DNA of 64,000 nt from Camelus dromedarius (Eukaryota): assembly GCF_036321535.1 (NCBI RefSeq), contig NC_087437.1, positions 72,480,001 through 72,544,000 of the forward strand, written 5' to 3'. The position numbers and the translations under genes are program-made. Every line of letters begins with the position of its first letter. Within the stretch, counting starts at the first letter, position 1. Positions 1 to 14,090 of this stretch are shown piece by piece. The notes beneath the pieces were generated by a model, which had not been told where the DNA came from, searched no databases, and was given only the letters and a program-made list of their open reading frames with translations.

Positions 1-844
1 TATATCCAAGCTTTCAAGAACTGCAGAATTTATGTTAGGCACAGGAGGATGGGATGTAAAGATAAGAGGAAAAATCAAGAACACATAGTATCTCAGATGA
101 TAGTGGAAGGGAGAGTTTAAAGAAAGGCAGTCTACTGTGAGATGCTGTGAGAAGAGATAAAAAACAAATTTGCTTGTAATTTTAAGAGATTTGTAGAGTT
201 ATCCCATCACATATCCCTGAAACCCAGGTTAAAAACTCCTACCTGTGGTTTCCTAAAAGCCAACGAATCAGATAACCTAACTGGATTCAAAATATTAATT
301 CTTCACCATCTCAGAGACAGGGAAAATTATTTAGTTGACCTTAAAGTCAACTGCAATTATGTGAGTTTTTAATCCCTAAGTAGGTTAGTGGCCCAAAGAA
401 AGAGAGTATAATAATACAAAGAAGGTAGCTTCTTTATTTTCCTGTAAGAAAATCTGCTCCTCCACAAACGTAGAGAGCATCAGATAAATCAGCTTCAGGG
501 AGATGGCTGCACAGTTATGAAGCTCTGCCAGGTATCCCTGATCTCGTTTCCAGTCATGGTCAACACTGGCTTCCTCCTGCCCTGGAAACTAATCTTCCTG
601 TTTGGACTTAACTGTATTATTCTTAACTCAAACAGAGATAATGGACAATGAAATGAATAAAAGCTGGGGATTCTGAGATGTGATTTCAGAAAACTGTAGT
701 CAGAAATATGTAAATTTGATAAAATAAAACCGTAAGACTCTCAATTCCGTGCAATGAGCGCTCTTCCTCCTGACCACTCAACAACCGAACCACTACTCTG
801 ATTGCCAGAAGCCAGCAATTTTATAACTCTGCTCCTCAGACTCT

Positions 845-1422
845 TCTTTTTAAATTGAAATGAAGTTGATTTGCAATATTGTGTTAGTTTCTGGTGTACA
901 GCATATTGATTCAGCCATACATATATGTATTCTTTTCAATATTCTTTCTCATTATAGGTTGTTACAAACTATTGAATATAGCTCCCTGTGCTAAACAGTA
1001 GGACCTTGTTTATCTATTTTATATATAGTAGTTTGTATCTGCTAATCCCAAACTCCTAGTTTATCCCTCCTCCCTTTCCCCTTTGGTAACCATAAGATTG
1101 TTTTCTATGTCTGTGAGTCTGTTTCTGTTTTGTAAATAAGTTCATTTGTGTCATTTTTTTAGATTCCATATATAAGTGATATCATATGATATTTGTCTTT
1201 CAATCTGTCTGACTTACTTCACTTAGTATGATAATCTCTAGATCCATCCATGTTGCTGCAAATGGCATTATTCCATTCTTTGTCATGGCTGAGTAGTATT
1301 CCATTGTGTGTGTGTGTGCGTGTGCGTGTGTGTGTGTGTGTATAGAGAGAGAACATCTTTTTTATCCAATCATCTGTTGATGGACATTCAGGTTGCTTTC
1401 ATGCCTTAGCTATTGCAAATAG
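845..1422 (-). mobile_element. LINE-1 3' end fragment containing a (TG)n tract at about 1306-1341
   Basis: T-rich tail followed by typical antisense L1 3'UTR and ORF2-end text (ccatgttgctgcaaatggc, gagtagtattccattg). Confidence 0.85.
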
Positions 1423-1514
1423 TCTGCCTCTTACACTATAGAGCAATTCCAACAATTAGAAAGTTCATCCTTTTACTTTCTCCCAATTGGTTCTAGTTCT
1501 GTTCTCTTGATCTT

Positions 1515-1931
1515 TGTGTTATGTTCCTAGGGCTGTCATAACATATCCACAAATTTGGTGGCTTAAAACAACAGAAATTTATTCCCTCACAGTTCTGGAG
1601 GCTAGACATCCAAAATCAAGGTTGTCCACAAGGCTACCCTCCCTCCAAAGTCTCTGTGGGAAATCTGTTCTTTGCCTCTTTGGTGGCACCAGGCATTCTT
1701 TGGCTTGCTGCCACATCACTCTGATCTCTGCCTTCATGGTCACATTGCCTTCACCTCTTCTCCATATGTCTCTTGTAAAGATTGTATTCATTAGGTTTAG
1801 GATGTGCCAAGATAATCCATTATGATCTCATCTCAAGGTCCTTATCTTAAATTACACCTGTCCAGACCTATTTTCTAAATAAGATCACACTCAGGTTCCA
1901 GGGACTCAGTTGTGGACCTCATTATCTTACA
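1515..1931. mobile_element. MaLR solo LTR (MLT1-type)
   Basis: Hallmark ggtggcttaaaacaacagaaatttatt..cacagttctggaggctag. TG...CA ends. Confidence 0.85.
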
Positions 1932-2496
1932 GAAGTGTGAAGTGGGCTGTTTGATGCACCAAAGACTGAGTTTTAAGTATTACTTACTGGAAATATTCTC
2001 CAAAACGTTTTGATCAAAACCACTTCAAAAATTTGTATCACACCAAAATCCTTTTCACCTACTTATATCTAGTTCTGCCCATTTATAACTGGAAAGATGC
2101 CTCAGTCCTCCCAAGCCTCCAGGGTTTTTCTTGTACCTGTTGTCATTGTTGTTGTTGTCGTCAAATAGTAAAGTGATGCTCTTTCATAGGTTTATTGTGA
2201 ATATTAAATGACAACATGCCAGCAAATCACTCTGTCTGGCAAAATATCAAAGTGCTCAATAAATGTTAGCTGTTGTTATTATTATCACTATTCTTCTTCT
2301 GTTATAGTACTTTGAAGTTTTTAATGTGTAACCACTGACTCATCTGATTTAATAGTTATAATCCCACAGTCGGGTTGGTATTATGTCAGGAGACCTAGAC
2401 TTGGCAAGATACTACCATAACGTTAGTTTAAGAATTAAATTTTATTTGCCTATTCTCTTCCCCCAAATGACTTGAAGCAATTAAAACACTACATAT

Positions 2497-2626
2497 GGGA
2501 GGGAGGGTATAGCTCAAGTGGTAGAGCACATGCCTAGCATGCATGAGGTCCTGGGTTCAATCCCCAGTGCCTCCTCTAAGAATAAATAAATAAATCTAAT
2601 TACCTCCTCCCATCAAAAAAAAAAAA
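2497..2626 (+). mobile_element. tRNA-derived SINE (Vic-1-like, camelid)
   Basis: A box (tagctcaagtgg), B box (gggttcaatccc), ctaattacctcc tail and poly-A. Diverged flanking duplication aagcaa..ttaaaa..tacatat. Confidence 0.88.
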
Positions 2627-5239
2627 AAGCAAATTAAAAAAAATACATATATAAAGTAGTAAATTGGGAAAATCAACATGTAAAGATCAAAGTATAAATT
2701 GAATTTTAATAAATACATTTCTAAATTTATTTCCCATTCATGACATTACTTCACGAAATTTCACAAGTTGTTTTTAAATACATGCAAGTAGGTTTATTCT
2801 GTCTGCCATTAAGTGTTACATTTCTCTAAGAGATGGATTTTTTCAGTGCCTCCCTCTGCTGCAATCTCTCCAGACCCAGAACAGTTGGGTGACTACCCAC
2901 AGTGCTTGATAAAATGTTACCCACTGCAAGACACAGGCTGCTGTTCTGATTGCCATGGACACAACTAGTATAAATACATGTATAAAACAGTAAAGAGAAA
3001 TGCAGTGTTGTTCTCTAACCACTGTACGGTCAGAAAATTCATAGATACTTAATCGGTATAAAAACCAGTTATCACGACTTCATCGAGTAACATCATCACC
3101 TCTATTCCATCTCAGCCCCCAAACTTGTGAAATCACTTGTTTTCTTTCTCTTCATATTTTCACCACTTTTGAATTGTTCTCTCTGATATGCTTAGTTTTC
3201 TGAAACTTGATGAGAGTGAGTGGAAATTCATTCAAGTCTACCCTTATAAGTGTTAGCTTCTTAAGTGGTTTGGGGGTATTCTTGTTTTTGTTTTTAACCT
3301 GATATATCTGGAAACTTTCCCTTCCCTACCCAAGAATGTGCTCACTTGCTCCCTCGCCCTCATTCTCTCTTTCCCGTCAAGATTCTCCCCTCAAGAAATA
3401 CCTTTGCTGAAAACAATCAAAACTATTCTATCCAAGGGAAAGAGTTTTCCAAAATTTAAGCATCAGGTTAAAACCACATATTATCTATCAAACCAGTTGT
3501 TTACCTGTTCACTGCCAAGGAAGCTGGAGGTACATCAAAAACCAGTGATAAGAACAGCATTGAGCCTCACATAGGAAAGTCTGGGGTTTCAGTAAAGCCC
3601 CATTGTCTTGAAGCTATGTTTAAATTCAGAAAAGTTTTTCTTGGCTGAGCCAGCACCCTCAAGCAGATTCCATCATGCTGCATTAGAGTCTTTGGTCTGT
3701 AGCTATGTTGGGAATTCCTGCTGCCTGGTTCTCTCCTGTGTCCTGGTAAAGGATTGAGGTTTGTGTGATTTCAGCGAGCCATCTGACATGTTGAGCCCTG
3801 TTTTCTTATTTCTGAAATCTCTTCTGACTCTGACTTCTGATTCGTACTCAGTCTCTTACGGCGCTCCTCGGCACCCATGAGGAGACGCAGCCTTCCCAGG
3901 GGCACAGGTGCCAGTCAGTTCCGGACACGCTAGACCACATACTGTTGCTGACCTTTGTTTATACAAGATGGTGGCTTCCGATGACACTTTGGGGATAGGG
4001 CACGGTCAAATCAAATACAACTTGGTAAGCATAGGCTTCCCTTGAGGAATAGATTCTCTCTTTTCAAGGGATTTGTAAATTGAGGTTAGTCCTAAGACAC
4101 AGTAGAGAAAAGTGTTTCCTTTCCCCAAGTGGTTCCAACCATGCATGGGCAGCCCCAGAACTGGCTTGGTCTCATAGAACGCACTGGGACAAGTAAGGGG
4201 GAATCAAATTCTAGGCTGCCTTTAGGCTATATTTCACAAACACTGGTCCAGGCCAGTGCTACTCACCCATGAAGGTATCCATGTGCTTCCCTCCAACTTC
4301 TTCCCCATCAATGAGATTTTAATGCTTCTTACCTGAGAGCCATCTGGTTTATTAGTCAACACATTACTTAAAAGCATTTAATTTAAGCCATCATCTGACT
4401 TAATTTTATGTGAGCTATTTACAGTATTGTCGTTGATTTATAAGAAGGGAAACCAATACAAGTTAAGGGAATTACTAAATACAAAGCTAAACACCACCAC
4501 CAGATCCAGAATCCTGGATTTGAAGTGTATCAGCCGAGCAGCTGCGTTTCAGTGCCTTTCTGCTGCTGGACTGTATTCAGAACGCTGATGCTAAATAGAA
4601 AAGACTTTAACTTTTGTGTGTTTTTTTTCCTTTGGGCTTGTCCTCAGCATAAGGAGGTGCCAGATCATCCTGGATGGTGCAGTAGGGCCCCTGCTTGTGT
4701 TGAAGCAAAGCGCAGCAGTTTTTCTCTCTACTCAGCCCCTTATCTCCACCTCCACCTCAAGTCCACTTCTGACAAGAGTGCAGTTGCCTGTGGGAATGAG
4801 AAGGAACTGGGAAGCAACTGAGGACAGAGGCCTGTGCTGTTTCAGCGGGGGTTTGGAGGTCTCAGGGCAGGCACGCCTCAGCACGTAAACTTGCACATAC
4901 TGGGAGATAGACCCTTTCTCACCCGAGCCTTTACAGCCACTCAGAAAGACAGACTTAATGCACATTTGATTTATAATTGAGGACATGTAAATTCGGAGAG
5001 ATTAAGTGACTGGCCCAAGATCGCACGTTACTAAATATCAGGGGTGGAACTTAAATCCCATTCTTTTGGCTCCAAATCCATAATGCTTTTCTCTATGCCT
5101 CATGACTGACAATTTCGAAAAAGTCCTTTTCTACTCTCGAGTTCCATCATGCCCTCTCAGAGGGCAGGAGGGATGTTCCAGGGCAAAGTTGTTTGAACTA
5201 CTCCTCTCTTCCATGATGTATTAGCATAAAACTTACTTG

Positions 5240-5900
5240 TTCAAGACATATTTATTGATGGTTTGTACTAGGTGCTAGGGAAAAGCAAGCAAGCAGGCAG
5301 ATAAAAACCACTGCCTTTGTGAAGCTTACAACCCATTGGAAGGAGACAGATAATAAACTAGGCAAATAAAGCACAGCGCCTGCTAGATGCTGATAGGGAG
5401 GAAAAATGAAGCAGGAGAGGGAGCTAGAGAGGGTTTTTTTGGTGGGGGGGAGGAAAGAGCTTCTGTGGTCCTCCACTGAAAGAACATTCCAGGCAGAGGG
5501 AAGAGTAAGTGCCAAGGTCCTGTGGTGGAAACATGTCTGAATGTAGGTGCAATAGCAAGGAGGCTGGTGTGGCTGGCAGAGCATAAGCAGGAGAAAGAGC
5601 AGTAGGAGGTGATTTCAGAGAGTATCAGGGAGCTCAACCATGTGGAGACTCATAGTCCATGTAAAGTCTTTGGCTTCTACCCCAAATAAGATGGGATGCC
5701 TGAGAAAGTCTGTGCAGAAGGACATGGTTTGTTTTGACCCATATTTTAGAACAGATATGAGAATAGACTAAAGGGGGAGAAAGCAGAAGCAGGGAGACTA
5801 ATTAGACAGCTATGGCAACAGTCTAGGAGAAAGATGATGGTTTGGGCCAGGTGGTAAGATTGGGGGTAAGAGCTAGATTCTCAACATATTGATAGAGCAA
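5240..5900. mobile_element. LINE-2 fragment
   Basis: L2-like motifs such as gaacattccaggcagagggaag and gaagcagggagactaattagacagcta. Confidence 0.7.
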
Positions 5901-6896
5901 GTAAGATATACTAACAAGTAGGACAAGAGATGAATTACAGCACGAGTGGAGGGAACAGAGAGCACTGGGCAGGAAGTCTGGAATTCTGAGCTGGAGTTGC
6001 AGTCCCATCTAACCTTTTCAGTGTTACCCAAGGAAGGTCACGGAAAAGCTTGGAGCCTCATTTTTCACACCTATAAAAATGGGCTTAAATATTTTCCTGA
6101 CCTCACAAGGCTCAAATGAATATGATGTCTATGCAAAAGTTCGCTTGCTTACAATTGAATCAGAGCTCTGTTGTGACCCTGAGCAAGTTCATTAGCCTAA
6201 GTGACTAAGGTGGGGAGACTGTAGTCCAATCTGGAATGTCTTCAGAACAAGATAGAAAACAAAAAACAAAAATGTGACAGTTGTGAGAAATTACTTTAGG
6301 AAGCTTTGTTTTTAAAAAGTTGAATCTCCTTCTTGATGAGCTAAGAATAACCATAAAAGAAAGTCCCCGAAAACTATTTTAACCAGAGCCTCATAATCTC
6401 TAGTCATAATATAGATTTTGTACTCTTTCAACTTGTATTTATGAAATATTACCTAGTTGGTGGTTTATAAATTCCCACCCCTCCCCCAAGTTCTCATATT
6501 CAGTTTTAGTTCTATTTAAGCACAAAATGCTTCTTTTGCTTTCCCCTGTCTCTGGAATTTTTCTAAATTTTTACTAACAAAAAAACTATGATTGAGTTTT
6601 TCTAAGTGACTCAAATGTTTACAACTTTCCCGGCCTTGCTTAAGCATGTAAAGCCCAAGCTGTCTCTTTCCAATTCACAAATTCAGAAAAAGCACTGGTA
6701 GGTAAAAGGCTCAGGATGAGTGTAGGGGAACTGGTGAGCCCCTCCCAGGGGTGGGGGAGCAGGAGTCACAAGGCAGAGTGGTACTCCACAGGGAGCTGCC
6801 TTCTCAGACAGAGCCATGTGCTCTGAGCTACAGCTTCCTCCTCCTCTCTTCATTCTCTATGACCCTCCCAATCTTTCCCATCAAAACCTACCTACG

Positions 6897-6957
6897 CAAG
6901 GTAAATGATAAGCCATTTAATAAGCCAAGGTAACTGATAAGCCATTTAATAAGCCAA
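6897..6957. repeat. 29-bp tandem duplication
   Basis: caaggtaa(a/c)tgataagccatttaataagc twice, with one mismatch. Confidence 0.9.
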
Positions 6958-7169
6958 TTTATATTGAATTATTAGTGCGGAAGAAGGATTAGTCCCCAGG
7001 CTCTCTGCGCTTTAAGGGGAACTCCCAGAAAAGTAATGGCCTAACTCACATTATGGTGGGACGGTGGGATGTTTAGGCGTTGTGAAGACAGCTGTCTCGT
7101 AAGGAGTGCCTTTGGGAAAGACTCATGAAATCTCATAAGGTGGGCTCCTTCTCTGCCTATACTTAAAGT

Positions 7170-7507
7170 GAGCAGTCCTCAATATTGCCCCTGAGACCAT
7201 TTCAGGGGATCCACAAAGTCAGAACTATTATCGTAATCACATCATTTCCTTGTTTCTCTTTTTCACTCTCATTATCTCACAAGTGTGCGGTGGAGTTAGT
7301 CACACAATGTGTGACGTTGTCATCACTCTGATGTCTAATGAAATGCATGCTTGTATGCTTTCTAAAAAAAAATTATCAGTTTTAATCTCAAGGATGGTAA
7401 CTATCAACAGACATAATTCACTTTACAAGAAAGCTCTTTGGGGTCCTCAATGATGTTTTAAGGGTGTAAAGGGGTCTTGAGACCCTTCAATGTTTGAGAG
7501 CTGCTTC
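7170..7507. mobile_element. Degenerate hAT/Charlie-type non-autonomous DNA transposon
   Basis: MER-like text ending aaagctctttggggtcctc...tgtttgagagctgct. Subfamily not determined. Confidence 0.5.
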
Positions 7508-7884
7508 TTAAGTTTCCCTGTCTGATCTGGCAGCTGAGATACCAGAAATACAGCAAAACCAGAAGCAGGGTGGTAACGCTTACTAAATTTAAAACTGTAA
7601 GCCAACCCATTTGCAAATGTTGGTATCTAGAAGCAAAATCAAAACAGCACATGTAAGGAAGTGCTCCAAAATTGACCAGGTCACATCAAAAGGACAGGCA
7701 CCAACATGAAGGAGCTCTCACTGGTCAGATCAAGGACATCTGATATGTGACCTTGTCACACAAATGTCAACAGCATCTTTTGGGAGTAAGAGCTAGAGGG
7801 GAGAGGAAGGCTTCACACACAGAAGGAAAAGACATAGATTATCATTAATTTACACATTTTCCACATTTCCCAAGAGAACATCAT

Positions 7885-9158
7885 GCACCAAATATTTAGA
7901 CACTTTTAATTACTCAGTATATTAATACAAATATACAAAATAATATAGAATTAAATAACATGAAAACACTTACTAAATATATAAATATGCCATTCAAAAG
8001 TGAAAACAATTTAAGTTTTAGTTCCTACATCACTGGATAGAGACAAGAAAGCAAAAGATACTGAACAGGTCACTAACTTCATCTTATGACTATTGAAGAG
8101 TTCATAACTGTTCTACTAGTTCGAACAATATGTTTACAACAAAGATTTGTACACCCATACATGCTTCCACTGCTTTTATGAGAAGTTAACTCGTGAAAAA
8201 AGAAGCTAGGAGACACAAAGCATTGGAACTGGCTGACTGCTATTCAGGAAACTCCCTAAATGCCTATGTTCATGATATGTTTTCATATTACTAGGCTGAA
8301 TTTAAAATGACTAAAACAGGTCTGGGTCTTACCGTGAGACAAATGGGACAAGATATGCATGCTTTTTCAAAATATGAGCCGCTGTCTAATACTAACAATA
8401 ATTAGTCGGCTATAAAAATAGATAAGTAAAGTTAAGGTTGCCAATGTTATTTCACGACAAATCAGTTCCAGTTTCATTGTGGTAAACATCACAGAAGTAC
8501 ATGAAGAATAGCAGTGACACTGAAGCTTCTAGAAAGACCAGTTATTAGCAAAACAGTAAGCAGGCAGTAGACTACATCCCAAGTGATGAGGAAACAGACT
8601 TATGGACCCAAGAAGAGGAAGGGAAGAAGAGACAGAGCATCAGCAGAAAGGCAAAAGGTAGTCTCAGAAAAGTTCTTTGGTCCTCAACCTTCCTGTATTC
8701 TTCTCTTTCTTTTTTATTCATTTTTTTTCCTGGAATTTCATCAGTTTTTGGAACTAAATGGCAAATCATCTGGTCCCACCTCTTAATTTTCTGGATGCAA
8801 ACATGGAAGTTCACTGTGTTAGTGATGAACACAGAGTTGCCACCAGTTGGAGTCAAAGTCGGCGTCTGAGCAGTGGCTCCTGATTCTAAGTCCAGAATCC
8901 TTTCAACAGCACAGCACTGCATCGTTTCACAAAGTCAAGTCCTATAACAGACCTGAGAGGTAAAATGACTTCCTCTTGGAACTCACATAAGCTCTGGGTA
9001 GCCTAGATGGCGGCAGAAATTCTCAAAATCCTTAGGCTTTGACTCCCACTTCTTTTGCTCTGTTAGGTTCCTTGGAGAATGACCCCCTTTCTCCTGCTAT
9101 CCTACTGAGTCAGATTCAAGTAGACCAGGGAATAACTTTCAGGGTTCTGTTGACTCCT
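7885..9158 (-). other. CD200: CD200 3' UTR (about 1.27 kb)
   Basis: Repeat-free sequence after the stop, ending in a UA-rich segment, ATTAAA at 7910-7905 and a GT-rich downstream element. The exact 3' end is inferred. Confidence 0.7.
7905..7910 (-). terminator. Probable CD200 polyadenylation signal (ATTAAA)
   Basis: ATTAAA on the minus strand, with TGTA-rich sequence upstream and GT-rich sequence downstream. Confidence 0.6.
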
Positions 9159-9166
9159 CTAGGGCT
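9159..9166 (-). CDS. CD200: CD200 terminal exon, coding part (..EP*)
   Basis: tttcttttacccag|AG CCC TAG completes the known C-terminus NQDREP*. Confidence 0.88.
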
Positions 9167-11233
9167 CTGGGTAAAAGAAAGATCAAAATATTAACTTTAA
9201 ACATTTATAATTTCTACCCTAATGGATTTTAAGAAGATAACAGGAGAATCAATAAACACAGAACTCTCCTGCACATCGGCAAAGATGAAGTAGACATTCC
9301 TGACCCAAGGTGATATGAGGGTCAGGGTCTCTTTAAAAAAATATAGGTAATTCTAGGAAATAATGGTTTGCACAATCATTTAAGTCTTGAAGAAAAAGAA
9401 CATGTTCAAGAATTCCAATGTTCTACATGTATTTTATTTATAAGATCTTGAGTTCTGTTTGCTGTGGATACTCACTCGCTGGACGTTGGGCTGGGAATGG
9501 TCACAAAGTAAACAGATGGTGGTCCTTTCAAGGGCTATTAGCTTTCTAGCACTTAAAGTGGGAGGATGTGGGCCTCCCTACAAAGCACGTAGACAGTTAA
9601 GTAAAAGACCAGGGATTTAATCTTGGTGCCATGTCTCACTCTCTGTGTAACCTTAGGTCATTCTTTACCAGAACTTGCAAAGCCCTACATGTTTTAACGT
9701 TGCTAACGTTTCCAGTATCAGTGATCTGTGGTGAAAGACAGAATAGCTCAGGCAAGAATGCCCAGGCTTGTGGGCCTGTTAGCCATCTACTTCATGACTG
9801 GATTTTGCTATGACATTTTGATGTGATGTGTAGCATTTGCACCCATTCAAGGGCAAAATTTTGTAGAAAAGTAGAAGCCTTAGAATGCAAGATTTTCCCC
9901 AGCAATTCTAACCTGGGCAGTTCTGTAAAGATTGCTTAACACTTTTCTTATATATTACATTTCTGCTGCTTGGACCTATGAGGAAACTGGGGTAGGAATG
10001 AGGGTCACCAATCATCTAGCCTTAATCTGGGAAGCATAAGTACAATTATCTAGCAAAGCCAAGATTTTTTTTTTTTTTGGAAACAAATATTCTTTGTACC
10101 ATCCTTCCAACTAATCAACAAATTCACCACCACAAATTGTTTATTGAGGAGCCCTCTTATGTGACATAGGACTAAGCTTAGAATAGGAGAAAGCAACACG
10201 ATTCCACCCAGGATACAGTGTTTGACTAACACTGCCATTGGTACCATTGCGAAGAGTCCACTTAGAGGTTAGGTTATTATGAGGTGAAGTGAAAAAAATA
10301 GTTTAAAAAAAAACCACTTCTATCTGAAATAGTTAGATACTTGAGGAAAAGTGAAATTTGGAATATATGTTTCACATGATTGTCTAAATCTTCTATTGCT
10401 TTCCAATTCAGCCTTGACCCAATCAAACAAAAGAAAACTGCTACTCAAAGATTTCTACAAATTAGGTAATTGTCTGCAAATATCTGCCCCAAAGTGAAGG
10501 TTTTGTTTCTGAGAAGCTTATAATCACTGGTGGGTTGACTCATGAGAAATAAAAGATTATTCTCAACCTCAAATTTAACTTCATTGGAGTATGTATGGAA
10601 GGGGCAAAGGTACGCTATCAACTGGGTTTTAACAGAAAGAACTATCATGAAATGGTGGGAAATCTCCCTAGGAAATTTTAGTTTCTTCCCACTTTCTATT
10701 TCAGTAATAAAGGACTGATTCATGAAAGAAAAAAAAATGTTCTTTGAAAACCTATCTAATGTTGTATTATTATAGTCTCATGGGAAGTAACTGTGATGAT
10801 CCCCCCAGGAATGGTGCAAAGAGAAATCGGCCCTGTCTCATCACACCTTCCTCCAGGGTGCAGCTTTACAGTTGAAAAACCCAACGTCATACTCTCTGAT
10901 ATTACACAGCATCACAAGCAAGGTGCAGGGAGTCTGACTTCTCCACGAGGATAACATCCATCGTTAGAGATTATCCTTCTGTCCACAAACTATGAATCTG
11001 CTTATGTTTTAGTGAGCAATGAATAAGTGATTTTAAGCTAAAACAAACTTTGTTATGGTCATTTATTTTTTAAAAAGGTGAACCTTACTTAACAGACTTC
11101 TTTTACTTACCAGATGCGTCTTACCACTGGGCAGCTCCATGGAGATGACTTTTTGTCTACTCATACTCAGTAAGCTCAAGAACTAATTCTTTTCTCCTCT
11201 ACTCTTTCTCTCCCCACGAACTCGGAAAACATA

Positions 11234-11258
11234 CACACACACACACACACACACACAC
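11234..11258. repeat. (AC)n microsatellite in the last CD200 intron
   Basis: Directly visible. Confidence 0.95.
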
Positions 11259-13539
11259 TCAGGTCCCCCTCTCCACTTCTGTTTCTGTTCACATCACCAT
11301 TTTTCAGGTCACCAGGTCCAAAATCTTAGAGTCATTTTTGACTAATCATGTTTCCCTGCCCATCCAAAAGTTTTCTGTTTCAGAAGATAATAGAAAGAAA
11401 AAGAGAGAGAGAAATAAAGTAAGAGTAAGTAGAGATGAAAGGTAAATGTGGTAGGACTATTCGCTTTCATCACAAATTGACAATCAGAATGCGATACTTG
11501 AAGAAATAAAAAAAAAAATGACAGCATCTTTGATGATTTTCTTCCTTTTTTCCCAACTTTTCATATAACTTAAGTTTTTGTCTTAACAAACCAGTATTTC
11601 CCCAACCTTGAGGTTTTAAGTCTCCAGCATAATTGACACAGGATTTTACTAGTTTTTAAGTAAGTGGGACCAAATAATCTGGTTGTTAAAACTTGTGAAA
11701 CCAGACCAAAAAAAATCTAGTCACTCAAAATTTGTTACTGCACGTCCAGTGTAATTAACTGAATTGGCCGTATGTCATGAAAACACTGTCAGTAAATGGC
11801 GATCCCAGCACTTACAAGATTCATACAGATTTGGATGTTTACTTCATAAATGAGAAAAAGCCTGGGAACAGAGAGAAGCTGAATCGTCACTTCAGGAACT
11901 GAATAAGGCGGTGAACAATTAGATTTCCCAGAAAATACAAGACTTAATGAACAAAGGACAGTCATTTTGCAAACACCCCTTTCTAGTGAAATTTAGCTTG
12001 TGCTTGAATAGATTGTATTATAAGACTCTTATCCAAAAGGGACTTTTTAAAATGAACACTTTATACTTTTCTGCCTGCACTTTACAAAAGAATACAGAAA
12101 AGTCAGCAAGCACTAACAATAGCGCCTTTCAAGTCAGGAAACCATAACTGAAAGAATATTCCAGCAGAAATCAGGAGACCAGGATTCTAGTACCAGGCCT
12201 GCTGCTAACTGTGACCTCAGGGAAGAAGGTCAACTTCAGTTCCTAACTGGAAAAGTGAAATGTTTGGAAAAAGTAGAATCCAATGGGCCCTGCCTTTGTC
12301 ATTTTGCAGAGAGCTCATGGGTTCCATGGGTTTATGTTTAGGTGCAATAAGATGATCTGATGTGCAGTCTCCTGTCCCAGACAGAGCAAATCCCTGTGTC
12401 TACTTTTGCAAAAGAGTCATTGACACCAGTGATGTGTTGCTTTTCTGATAAAATCACAAGAATTAATCTGGTGTTTATGTAAGGTTTATGCAAAATTAAG
12501 TGTTCTAAAAACCTAGAGCATGAAAGATATTCATCTATGAGACAAAATGAAAATGCAAAAAAGGTAGCGTTTGAGTGAGATTTTTTTTTTAATAGAAATG
12601 TAAAATAACACTCAAAGCCAGCAGTTTTTCTTCCCCCTCTTTCAGGCATCTGAGATGCAGAAAACTCCCCCATCACCACTTCGTCCTAGGGAAGTCCCAT
12701 TACCTACAACAGAAACTGCAGCTCTGCATTAGCTTTAATAAATTATGTGCCATCTTCAGAAGCCAAGGAAATTTAATTCTCTCCCTCTAGCTGACCTTTC
12801 TGGGTTTATAGCGTCTCTTGTTTTAGGATGTCTCACAATGTTTTAGACTCAGCACCTATGAGGTTACTGAATTTACAATACAAAAAGGAAATTGAAAAAA
12901 ATCACTTTGCAAATGTATCCTTTCATTCATTCACTCACTTTTTAAATGAGCATCTACTGAGGACCTGGTACACATAAGACACCATGCTGGATGTTGTAGG
13001 GCACGGAGAGAAATGAACGGTGCAGAAGTGGAGAATGATATGTCACAGTCATCATGAGTATGAATCACCTGTGTGTTGTCTATAGCGTCTGAGACATAGT
13101 GAGTGTGTGACACAGAAAGCACTACATAATTAGTGGTCACATTGGACGTATTCAGGGGAGCTGACCTGTGGGATGCTGTAAAAAGAGAAGAGATTGTCCA
13201 GGGTAGGAAGAACACAGCGTGGGCACCAAGACTTCTCTGGCTTTGCCATCAGACGATTCCGTAGTGATAGAATAAATATTTTCCACATTTCCTCTCCTCA
13301 ACCCTGACTCTCAATTTACAAAATAATTAGCCTTTAAACAATCTTCACAAATGAAAAGCAGAAATGTTTCATGTCCAATTGCAAGAAAATGGTCCCAAAG
13401 TGTTTCAAAATAACATCAACATGTATGTATTTTGGAAACATCAAGCCAAATCCCCTTATTTATATCTTTGTGTGACCCCCCCCCCAATTGTCGTGAACAA
13501 TCATTTCTTTTCGCCTTTGTACTTCCCTTAGGGACTCAC

Positions 13540-13647
13540 CTCGGTCTTGGTTCCGACGGCGTTTCCAGTACAGTAGGATTGAGATTAAGACCAGAAGAAT
13601 TACCAGGGAAACAATACTTAACAACAGTGGAACTGAAAACCAAAAGC
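13540..13647 (-). CDS. CD200: CD200 exon 5, transmembrane segment and short tail ([36 protein letters not shown])
   Basis: Acceptor cacag| and donor G|gtgagt. 108 nt. Near-identical to the known CD200 transmembrane segment. Confidence 0.96.
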
Positions 13648-13829
13648 CTGTGGATATTGAAGGGAGAAAAGGAAAAACAAGGTCATAAGTGGAAGCCGTT
13701 GAGGTAAGAAGTGATAAAGCCATACTTGTGATGAGTTTTTATTGGAGTTGAGATTCTGATGAAGATTATTCTTAGATATATACAAATTGAGGTCTTAATT
13801 CATGAGCTCATATTATGTTCATAACATTT

Positions 13830-14090
13830 AGATGCTAATAATTGCTAACATGTTTAATGTGGTTACTATGTAATAAGAGCTTTGAATATGTTATCTCATT
13901 TAATCCTCAAAATAGCCCATGAGTTAGGTATTACTACCATCATTAAACAGATTAAAAAATAAAAAACAAAAAACCCCCAAGGCTCAGAGAAATTAAGTTA
14001 GCCCAAAATCAATGCCATAAGTGGTAGAACAAGGCTTGGTCAGAGGTCTGTTTGCCTCCAAAGCACATATTCCTTGCCATACTGTCCATT
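13830..14090. mobile_element. MIR SINE
   Basis: Core motifs tatctcatttaatcctca and ggctcagagaaattaagt. Confidence 0.75.

Noticed and set aside
2497..2580. tRNA gene
   Set aside because: A and B boxes are present, but a family-specific tail, poly-A, a flanking duplication and related copies at 26349 and 48478 show it is a SINE.
11100..11527. Extra CD200 exon in the last intron (acceptor-like site near 11497, donor-like sites near 11110 and 11124)
   Set aside because: The interval includes an (AC)n tract and low-complexity sequence, the peptide has no recognisable homology, and such motifs arise by chance.
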